DNA from: Candidatus Eiseniibacteriota bacterium
GTDB taxonomy: Bacteria; Eisenbacteria; RBG-16-71-46
Reading direction: 5' to 3'
Assembly: GCA_036522895.1 (NCBI GenBank)
Contig: DATDEX010000279.1
Coordinates: 69,793-133,792 of the forward strand
Length of the DNA stretch: 64,000 nucleotides
In this document: piece by piece, positions 56,930-64,000 of the stretch
How positions within the stretch are numbered: the first letter of the stretch is position 1
Layout of the letters: each line of letters opens with the position of its first letter
Notes under the pieces: model-generated
What the model saw: the letters and a program-made list of their open reading frames with translations, nothing else
What the model was told of the DNA's origin: nothing
The model's database searches: none
Position numbers and translations under genes: made by a program

Positions 56930-58060
56930 TCAGGGCGAGCTTCTTGTCAGATCGAAGTACATCGTGCCATGTCGAGCCACGCTCCGGTCGATGATCTCCA
57001 GTTGCAGCATCCATTGCTCGTAAGGGTCCTCTGGACGGGCAAAGTACAGCGTGCCATCCGAAGAGCCATGGGGTGCGACCATCACAACCTGGGAGAGTGG
57101 CGTGCGCTTGTCGTCACCGGACACGAACGCCCAGCGCGATGCGTAGGTCTGCTCGCGCACCCGCTGCAGCGTCGTGTGGTTTGAAATGTCCAGGGGGAAT
57201 GGCCGGTCGCCGCGGTTGCTGAAGTGCAACGTGACAGAAACGCGATCGTGCTCCACTTCAACCATCGTGACTTCACTGCCGAAGTCTCGCGCGATGTCCG
57301 ACGCAGCCGGTCGCCACTGGGGCGTCGGCCGGAAACGCTCGACCTGTTGGACCGGTGCATCGGTGCGCGGAATCACGCGAGAACTCAACCGGTAGACGAA
57401 GACGCAGGTTCCGACTGCTACCAGCACGACCGCCAGCGCGAACAGCCGGTGTCCTCTCCGCTTTGCGGTGAATACTTCGACCGCCGAGACTCCCGTATCG
57501 ACCGCCGCTCCGCGTAGCAGCTGTCCTGTCTTGACGAAGATCGACGAAGGGATCCTGGGTTCGAGTCCAACGAGAAACCCAAGAACCGGCAAGAGGTAAT
57601 ACCGCTGGGCAAGAACGAGGCAGCCGACGAAGACCCGGAGCGCCAAGACTGCCGCCGCCGCGGCCAACGTCACCGGGATCATGAGGAGCAGGAGGAAGCT
57701 CTGGGGCGGGGTGTCGGAGAGATGCTTGAGCCACAGATCCGACGCGCTGGCCCACTGCACGAGGGTGGGGGTAGTGAGCAGCCCGGTGACCCAGAACACA
57801 ATCGCCCATCCGATCGCACCGGGAAGCCATGGACGACGCGGCAACACCGGTGCGCCGCTCGGCGCGTAGGTCGGGACGGGGGTGTAATACCTGCTGAAGT
57901 AGTAGGCGCCACCCAGAACGCCGATAGCGCCCGCCACGAGCCACGGCCGCCACGGAGCCGGCAGATGATCAATCAGCCAAGCCAAGGCAAGCCCGAGCAG
58001 GCAAAGCCGGAAGGGAAACACACCTCCGGTGACCGCGGACGCAGCGCGATGATTAGCCAT
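56930..58060 (-). CDS. Polytopic membrane protein with C-terminal soluble domain
   Basis: Start at MANHRAAS. Multiple TM helices. Confidence 0.5.
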   Translation of the reverse strand: MANHRAASAVTGGVFPFRLCLLGLALAWLIDHLPAPWRPWLVAGAIGVLGGAYYFSRYYTPVPTYAPSGAPVLPRRPWLPGAIGWAIVFWVTGLLTTPTLVQWASASDLWLKHLSDTPPQSFLLLLMIPVTLAAAAAVLALRVFVGCLVLAQRYYLLPVLGFLVGLEPRIPSSIFVKTGQLLRGAAVDTGVSAVEVFTAKRRGHRLFALAVVLVAVGTCVFVYRLSSRVIPRTDAPVQQVERFRPTPQWRPAASDIARDFGSEVTMVEVEHDRVSVTLHFSNRGDRPFPLDISNHTTLQRVREQTYASRWAFVSGDDKRTPLSQVVMVAPHGSSDGTLYFARPEDPYEQWMLQLEIIDRSVARHGTMYFDLTRSSP

Positions 58061-58618
58061 CTCGGCGGCCTCCCAGCCGCCCGATTGGCGAGCTGCTTGG
58101 CACCGCATCCGTGCACGAGGTCGAGGCAACAGGAATGAAGCCGAGAGCCGGGCGATCCTTCGGGCGGCCAACTTCGTTCCCAGCAGGATATTGGCTGGCC
58201 CAAGGGTGTATCACGAGGAGGTACACCCTCGCTACAGGCAAAACCGCTCTTCCGATACACCCAACGTACGCCCCCTTGGGTCGGGCAGAAGCGCAGTTGA
58301 CGAGCCGGCTGGTCCTGGCGGGGTCGACACTGCGAGCCTCCCGACACCAGTCTCTGACGCTTCTCGCACGTCGCTGCGCCGCGGCCCTGACTTGAACAAT
58401 CAGGCCCACGATTTTGCTTGGACGCACGCATGCGGACCGTTAACTTTCTAGCCCCGTGCGGGGTCGGGGACGGCAGCCATTACCTATCGATAGGCGAATG
58501 CGCTGCTCATCCCCACTCCACCGGGGCGCTCGGCACGAAACGCAAGAACGCACCCACACAAACCCTTCGATCACGAGAAAGGAGTACTTCGACATGAACG
58601 CAGATTGACGAGGCTGAG

Positions 58619-58936
58619 ATGAACAAGAGTGCCTTCATTGCTGCCAGGGAATCTGGCGAATCAGCAGATTGCATGAGCTGTGCGCAGTTGTGCCGAGTGA
58701 ACATCGCCGATGGCTCCGCGAACGCGTCGAGCCCTGATCCTTCTCACATCACACCGGCTCCCTGGCTCCGCCCGCTCCTCACGATCGAGCAGGTCGCAAC
58801 CTACCTCCGCGTCAATGCCAAGACGGTAAGGCGTTGGGTCGCAAAGAGACGCATCCCTTGCGTGCGCATTGGAACGCGTCTTAGGTTCGACTACGGCGAC
58901 ATCGTTTCGTGGGTCCGGCAGCGGAAGGAGGGCTAA
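58619..58936 (+). CDS. Excisionase/MerR-like HTH DNA-binding protein (start may be internal)
   Basis: LLTIEQVATYLRVNAKTVRRWVAKRRIPCVRIGTRLRF. Confidence 0.6.
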   Translation: MNKSAFIAARESGESADCMSCAQLCRVNIADGSANASSPDPSHITPAPWLRPLLTIEQVATYLRVNAKTVRRWVAKRRIPCVRIGTRLRFDYGDIVSWVRQRKEG

Positions 58937-59901
58937 TGCCGAGGCTCATGCAAGGGATGTTCAAGCGAAGGAAGTCCTACTACTTCCGTGACCAGCAGGG
59001 AGGTCGCGACAAGTGGGTGTCGCTCGGGACGGACTACGAGCAGGCCTGCGAGAAGCTCAGGACGATCCGGGCCGGTGGGTTCATGCCACGGAGTCGGCTT
59101 TCGGTTCGCCAGGCCTCCGAACAGTGGTTCGAGAAATACGTCCAGACGAGGCGTGCCGTGAGTGATCACGTCATGACTGCGCAGCGGCTCCGGGACTATC
59201 TGGTTCCGTTCATCGGTCACAGGCCGCTGGCCGAGGTCACGAAGGACGATGTCCGGTCCTACCGTCTCTGGCTGGAGAAGGACGGACACCTCAAGCCGGC
59301 GAGCGTGAAGCACATCATGTCGGACCTACGGTGCCTGATGTACTGGGCGGTCGACTCGGACTTGATCGACCGGGTCAACTTCCCCCGGCGCGTCATGCCG
59401 AAACTGCAAGAGCGTCCGCCGGACCGGCTCACAGACGAGGAAGTCGAGAAGGTGGTCAAGTTGCCCAACCCGTACGGGTTCATTTCCCGGTTCGGGATTG
59501 GGACCGGGATGCGGTGGGGGGAACTCATCCGGGCGCAGAGCACGGACGTCCAAAACGGCCTGCTCATCGTCCACCACACGAAGAGCGGCAAGATGCGTCG
59601 GGTACCCCTGCATCCAGTGCTGGCGGGGGAGCTCCGGTTCAGAATCGGGCGGCTCATGCCGCTGATCAACCCCTGGGGCTTCGCCAAGATGGTCCGGCGG
59701 GCCACGGGGATCTCTCGGTTCCACGCCCACCAGATGCGGCACACCTACGCGTGCCGGATGCTGGAGGCGGGGGTCTCACTGGCGGCGGTGCAGCAGTTGC
59801 TCGGGCACAGCACGGTTGTGATGACCCAAAGGTACGCACGCATCAGCGATGAGAGCGTGAAACGAGAGGTCGAAAGAGCTGTTGCCAACGGTTGGCAGTA
59901 G
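58936..59901 (+). CDS. Tyrosine integrase (full length, phage/ICE type)
   Basis: RBS AAGGAGGG; ATGA overlap with the excisionase. N-terminal SAM-like domain. Catalytic RHTYACRMLEAGVSLAAVQQLLGHSTVVMTQRYARI. Confidence 0.9.
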   Translation: MPRLMQGMFKRRKSYYFRDQQGGRDKWVSLGTDYEQACEKLRTIRAGGFMPRSRLSVRQASEQWFEKYVQTRRAVSDHVMTAQRLRDYLVPFIGHRPLAEVTKDDVRSYRLWLEKDGHLKPASVKHIMSDLRCLMYWAVDSDLIDRVNFPRRVMPKLQERPPDRLTDEEVEKVVKLPNPYGFISRFGIGTGMRWGELIRAQSTDVQNGLLIVHHTKSGKMRRVPLHPVLAGELRFRIGRLMPLINPWGFAKMVRRATGISRFHAHQMRHTYACRMLEAGVSLAAVQQLLGHSTVVMTQRYARISDESVKREVERAVANGWQ

Positions 59902-59969
59902 CAGGAGCAGTAGCAGGCAACCTCCGCGGCGCTTGCACGAACCCCGTAAGTTCGTGTAAACACGCCGGC

Positions 59970-60059
59970 GGAGAGGTGCGAGAGTGGTTGAATCGGGCGG
60001 TCTCGAAAACCGTTATACCCGTAAGGGTATCGAGGGTTCGAATCCCTCCCTCTCCGCCA
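59970..60059 (+). tRNA. tRNA-Ser (anticodon CGA), class II with long variable arm
   Basis: Manually folded: acceptor GGAGAGG/CCTCTCC. Anticodon stem GCGGT/ACCGT with loop CTCGAAA. Variable stem ATACCC/GGGTAT. T-arm GAGGG-TTCGAAT-CCCTC. Discriminator G, then CCA. Confidence 0.85.
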
Positions 60060-60093
60060 GCTTCCCGTTGGATCGCGCCGGAAGGAGCCGCCA

Positions 60094-60485
60094 TGCGACT
60101 GCTCGGCCTCGTCATCGGCGTACTCGTCATCATTGCTTGCGCGATTGCGGTCGCGGCCCCCGATCGGCTCATCGCATTCGGTCGCTCGCTGATCACGCCA
60201 GGCCGCCTCTACGCGATCGCCGCCCTGAGAATCGCGCTCGGGCTTTTCTTCATCCTCGCCGCCCGAGCATCACGCGCCCCGCGGACGCTCCTCGCCATCG
60301 GCGCAGTCGTCATAATCGCGGGACTGACCACGCCCTGGTTCGGCGTCGCCCGCTCGCTCGCGCTCCTCGACTGGTGGTCAGGCGCGGGGCGGCCCTTCAT
60401 GCGCCTCGCCGCCGCTGCCGCGCTGGCTATCGGCGGATTCCTCGTCTACGCCTTCAGGCCCCCCACTCCGGCGCCGACCAAGTGA
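60094..60485 (+). CDS. Small membrane protein
   Basis: Start MRLLGLVIGVLVIIA. The listed ORF 59892.. overlaps the tRNA and was trimmed. Confidence 0.5.
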
Positions 60486-60535
60486 TCGTCACCACGAGCC
60501 ACATCGCGAGCCACCCAGCACTCACGACCTGATCC

Positions 60536-61300
60536 TCACGCCGCCGACCCCGCCGTCGCCCCCGTCGCCGGCTCGCGCATCGCCATGTACGTGATCCACC
60601 CCGAGCCGGCGTCGATCAGCGCGTGGAGCGCCATGCCGGGCAGGAGCGAGCCGGTCACGAGTGCCAGCACGCCCATCGCCACGCCGGCGAAAAACGCGCG
60701 CACGCCGAAGCTCACGCCCTGGTACGCGTGCGCGAGCCCGAACAGCACCATGCTCGCGGCGGCGGCGGGGTAGAGCCCGATCCACGCGCGGAGCACCCAC
60801 ACGAGGTAGCCGCGGAACAGGAACTCCTCGCAGATCCCGGCGGTGACGCTGAGCGGCACGAAGAGCCGGAACTCGGCGGCCGTGTGCGGCACGAGCGCGC
60901 GGAGCGGCTCAAGCCGCTTGCGGAGCTTCGCGAGCGACTCGGTGCGGCCGGCGAGCGCGCGGCCCTGCACCACGATGAGTACCAGGTACGCGAGCGGGAG
61001 CGCGGCGCCGAACACGAGCCGCCAGCCGTGCGGTGCGGCCAGGTTGAGCACGCCGAGCGACCGGCCGGCGCCGAGCATCACCGCCACCACGGCAGCGGCG
61101 AGGAGCCACTCCTCCACGAGCGTGCGCGTGTAGGCGCGCAAGCGGGCGCCGGGGTCGCCGGCGTCCACGGCGCGCACGTGGCGCGGCCAGAGCACGAAGT
61201 ATTCGACGAGCGGCCACACGGCCGAAAAGAGGGCGATCAACGCAATGTCGAGCATGCCGGGCATGGGTGCCTCCGCGGGTCCTGGTTGTTCGAGCCACAA
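60536..61300 (-). CDS. CPBP-family (CAAX) intramembrane metalloprotease
   Basis: EEFLFRGYL, FGLAHAY, HALIDA motifs. Confidence 0.75.
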   Translation of the reverse strand: MWLEQPGPAEAPMPGMLDIALIALFSAVWPLVEYFVLWPRHVRAVDAGDPGARLRAYTRTLVEEWLLAAAVVAVMLGAGRSLGVLNLAAPHGWRLVFGAALPLAYLVLIVVQGRALAGRTESLAKLRKRLEPLRALVPHTAAEFRLFVPLSVTAGICEEFLFRGYLVWVLRAWIGLYPAAAASMVLFGLAHAYQGVSFGVRAFFAGVAMGVLALVTGSLLPGMALHALIDAGSGWITYMAMREPATGATAGSAA

Positions 61301-61372
61301 CGATTATTCAAAGTATCATGAACAATGGTCCCGGTTGTCAAGAGGGCTCTGGCCCGCTAGTTTGGCGGCCTC

Positions 61373-62056
61373 ATGCCACGCACTTACGCCAGCCCCAGAC
61401 CCGCCCGCCAGGCGAACGCAGCCGCGAAGCCCGCCGCCGGGACCCCGGCGACCGCCCGCCGCCCGCGAACCCGCACCGCCAGCGCCGCCGCCGAGCGCCG
61501 GCGGCTCACGCAGGAGCTGCGCGCGCTCGCCCATCCGCTCCGGTTGAAGCTCGTGGAAATGTTCGCGGGGACGCCGCGCACCACGATGCAGGTGGCGGCG
61601 CTCATGGGGGAGCCGCCGACGCGGCTCTACCACCACGTCAACGCGCTCGAGCGGGCGGGGATCCTCCACCTCGAGCGCACCCGGCAGGTGCGCGGCACCA
61701 CCGAAAAGTACTTCGTGGTGGCGAAGCAGCGGATCGGCATCGCGAGTCGCCAGGGCGTGACCCCGGCCTCGCGCGCGGCGTTCCGCGGGGTCGCGACGCT
61801 CGTGCTCGACGAGGCGCGCGCCGAGCTGGCCGCGGCCCTCGCCCGGCCGGGCGGCTTCACCAAAACGACCGCGCCCGTGGCGCTCCGCATGCTCCTCGCG
61901 GTGCCACCCACTCACCACGAGCGTGTGCGCAAGCGCATCCTGGCGACGATCGAAGCGATCAAGCGCGAGCTCAAGGACTGCGACAAGCGCTCGGCGCCGC
62001 GCTGGGCGCTCACGCTCTCGTTCGCACCCACGCTCGGGGGGAAGCAGGGCGACTAG
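61373..62056 (+). CDS. ArsR/wHTH-family transcriptional regulator
   Basis: HPLRLKLVEMFAG...TTMQVAALMGEPPTRLYHHVNALERAGIL. Confidence 0.55.
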   Translation: MPRTYASPRPARQANAAAKPAAGTPATARRPRTRTASAAAERRRLTQELRALAHPLRLKLVEMFAGTPRTTMQVAALMGEPPTRLYHHVNALERAGILHLERTRQVRGTTEKYFVVAKQRIGIASRQGVTPASRAAFRGVATLVLDEARAELAAALARPGGFTKTTAPVALRMLLAVPPTHHERVRKRILATIEAIKRELKDCDKRSAPRWALTLSFAPTLGGKQGD

Positions 62057-62388
62057 CGCGGTCGGACCCGCCGGCCACGGGCTCGGGCCACGTTCGCGGT
62101 CCGCGCTGCCCGGTGTCGCCGGTCGCGCTTCATGCCCCCTTCGCCTACCCCCGCGCCCGCGACCGCGCCATTCGTCACGCCACCGTCAAGCGCGACCCTT
62201 CGCCACTCTTGAAGCGTGGCCCGTGACTCGCTAGGCTCCGGCGGGTTTTTCGTTGCGGACTCGGAGCCGGCGTGGCCGCCCGCTCGGCTCCCGCGCGTTC
62301 CACCCGTGGCAACTCGCGTTCGTTCCGCGAGTTGGTCGCGGCACGCGGCTCCGGCCAGCAAGCCGGAGGACGCAGCGACAGATCTCGT

Positions 62389-62479
62389 GGAGAGGTGTCC
62401 GAGTGGTTGAAGGAGCACGATTGGAAATCGTGTAGGCGCTAATACCGCCTCGAGGGTTCGAATCCCTCTCTCTCCGCCA
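62389..62479 (+). tRNA. tRNA-Ser (anticodon GGA)
   Basis: Acceptor GGAGAGG. Anticodon stem CACGA/TCGTG with loop TTGGAAA. Long variable arm. T-arm GAGGGTTCGAATCCCTC. ...G CCA. Confidence 0.85.
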
Positions 62480-62623
62480 TCTTCAAAGGAAGTCGAGCGG
62501 GGCCCGGCGAGGCCCCGCGGGGGTTCAACCGAAACCCGAGTGGCCCCAACGCCCGCGGACGCCTACAATCTCGCGTGGGTCCGCGCGACAACTGGTCCGG
62601 TCCAAGCTCAGCGGAGAAGCCAA

Positions 62624-62998
62624 ATGGAACGCACGACGGCGCAGCGCAAGGCCATCCATCAGGTTCTCGAGGATTCCGGGCGACCTTTGAGTCCGCCCGA
62701 GATCTACACCGCGGCGCGTTCCATCGCGCCGGGGCTCGGCATGGCCACGGTGTACCGCACGATCAAGCGCCTGCTCGACGAGGGCTCGATCTCGCAGGTC
62801 GAGCTGCCGGGCGAGGCGCCGCGTTACGAGCGCTCGGGCATGCGGCACCATCACCACTTCCGCTGCAACGCGTGCAACAAGGTCTACGACCTGTTCGCGT
62901 GCAGCAGCGAATTCCGGGAGTGCACGCCGAAGGGGTTCGCGCTCGAGAGCCACGAGCTCTACCTGTTCGGCCGCTGCGAGGCCTGCGCCTCGGCGTAG
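62624..62998 (+). CDS. fur: Fur-family metal-responsive transcriptional regulator
   Basis: MATVYRTIKRLLDEG. HHHHFRCNACNKVYD...FGRCEAC metal-site motifs. Confidence 0.85.
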   Translation: MERTTAQRKAIHQVLEDSGRPLSPPEIYTAARSIAPGLGMATVYRTIKRLLDEGSISQVELPGEAPRYERSGMRHHHHFRCNACNKVYDLFACSSEFRECTPKGFALESHELYLFGRCEACASA

Positions 62999-63116
62999 CC
63001 CGCACCGCTTGACCGACCCGCGCGGCCTGCTAGTATCCGCCGCGCTCGTCGCCCGTGGCCGGTCCCGCGCGCCTTCTGGGCGCCGGTGGGGACCGCGGGC
63101 GCGAACCTGTTTGGGT

Positions 63117-63192
63117 GGGGATGTAGCTCAGTTGGGAGAGCGCCTCGTTCGCAACGAGGAGGTCGTCGGTTCGATCCCGATCATCTCCACCA
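63117..63192 (+). tRNA. tRNA-Ala (anticodon CGC)
   Basis: GGGGATGTAGCTCAGTTGG... with G3:U70. Anticodon loop TTCGCAA. T-loop GGTTCGATCC. CCA. Confidence 0.9.
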
Positions 63193-63207
63193 TTCCCTTG
63201 AAGAGTT

Positions 63208-63306
63208 GGGCCAGGCCCAGCGCAACCCGGACTTGTGAACCCCGTCAGGACCGGAAGGTAGCAGCGGTAAGCAAACCTTCGGGTGTGCCGCTGGACCACC
63301 TGGCCC
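63208..63306 (+). ncRNA. ffs: Signal recognition particle RNA (small/4.5S type)
   Basis: Contains GTCAGGACCGGAAGGTAGCAGC (domain IV consensus GUCAGGUCCGGAAGGAAGCAGC). Closing helix gggccagg...cctggccc. Conserved ffs-dnaX synteny. Confidence 0.6.
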
Positions 63307-63442
63307 TTTACCTTGGCGGCTCTCGTCGGCGTCGACGCCCGCTCGCGGCGACGTCCCTTCGCGGCAACGGCTCCTGACGCGGCAACGCCTCCCGGGCGCG
63401 GCGACGCCGCCCGCGGGGCCGCACCGCAGGCGGCACGGTCCC

Positions 63443-64000
63443 ATGGCCCATCGCGCGCTCACGCTCAAGTACCGGCCGCAGGTCTTCGCCGACCTCGTCG
63501 GGCAGGAGCACGTCTCGCGCGTGCTCGTGGCCGCGCTCGAGTCCGGCCGCGTCGCGCAGGCGTTCCTCTTCACCGGTGCCCGCGGGGTGGGGAAGACGAC
63601 GAGCGCGCGGATTCTCGCGAAAGCTCTCAATTGCGAGCGACGCGCGACCGCGAAGGGCAAGGTCAGCGGTGAGCCGTGTGGAGAATGCACGAGCTGCACC
63701 GAGATCGCGGCCGGCGTCTCGCTCGACGTGCTGGAGATCGACGGCGCGAGCAACCGCGGGATCGCCGACGTCCAGCAGCTCCGCGAGAGCGTGCGCTTCA
63801 CGCCCACCGGCGGGCGCCACCGCGTCGTGATCATCGACGAGGTGCACCAGCTCTCGGGCGACGCGTTCGCGGCACTCCTAAAGACGCTCGAGGAGCCGCC
63901 GGCGCACCTGGTGTTCATCTTCGCCACCACCGACCCGCAGAAGCTCCCCGACACGATCCGCTCGCGCACGCAGCGGTTCGACTTCGCGCGCGTGCCGATC
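63443..64000 (+). CDS. dnaX: DNA polymerase III subunit gamma/tau, N-terminal part (runs off window end)
   Basis: MAHRALTLKYRPQVFADLVGQEHV...FLFTGARGVGKTTSARILAKALNCE...CGECTSC...VVIIDEVHQLS...TIRSRTQRFDF. Open to the last base. Confidence 0.9.
   Translation, partial: MAHRALTLKYRPQVFADLVGQEHVSRVLVAALESGRVAQAFLFTGARGVGKTTSARILAKALNCERRATAKGKVSGEPCGECTSCTEIAAGVSLDVLEIDGASNRGIADVQQLRESVRFTPTGGRHRVVIIDEVHQLSGDAFAALLKTLEEPPAHLVFIFATTDPQKLPDTIRSRTQRFDFARVPI

Noticed and set aside
59892-60093. N-terminal part of ORF 59892..60485
   Set aside because: Overlaps the tRNA-Ser gene. The membrane protein starts at the Met after the tRNA.
61245-62234. Multiple long Arg/Pro-rich ORFs on both strands (61267..62226 etc.)
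   Set aside because: Typical >70% GC artefacts overlapping the ArsR-like and CPBP genes.
1-64000. CRISPR arrays
   Set aside because: No short regularly spaced direct repeats seen. The only tandem repeats are intragenic ~270-bp protein repeats and ~150-bp integration-scar repeats.

Overview
High-GC (~65-70%) bacterial chromosomal segment. Positions ~1-59.9 kb form a mosaic accessory region; the last ~4 kb look like core genome. Contents of the accessory region: an IS3-family insertion sequence, one large serine recombinase and three tyrosine recombinases, recombinase 3'-end remnants with duplicated flanking sequences, and a conjugative/mobilisation module. It also holds two C5-cytosine methyltransferase + Vsr modules. 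One of these is a Dcm/HerA-like/NurA-like/Vsr cassette bracketed by a duplicated integrase 3' end. Also present: a solo OLD-family ATPase-TOPRIM nuclease, a Zn-ribbon + deoxyribosyltransferase-like protein, a DUF4062-FW protein, a tandem pair of RuvC-like resolvases, and a three-gene cytosine-nucleotide module (dCTP-deaminase-like with TM helix and coiled coil, thymidylate-synthase/dCMP-hydroxymethylase-like, cytidine/dCMP-deaminase-like). Several giant secreted proteins carry Lipase_2, zinc-metalloprotease, FG-GAP, PKD and Ig repeats plus a conserved beta-sandwich C-terminal sorting-type domain. The accessory region ends with excisionase-integrase next to tRNA-Ser(CGA). The core part follows: tRNA-Ser(GGA), Fur-family regulator, tRNA-Ala(CGC), SRP RNA and dnaX. 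Many listed '+' or '-' ORFs are Arg-rich antisense artefacts of high-GC DNA. Two real genes run off the window edges and are absent from the ORF track: a Ser/Thr kinase-membrane fusion at the start and dnaX at the end.
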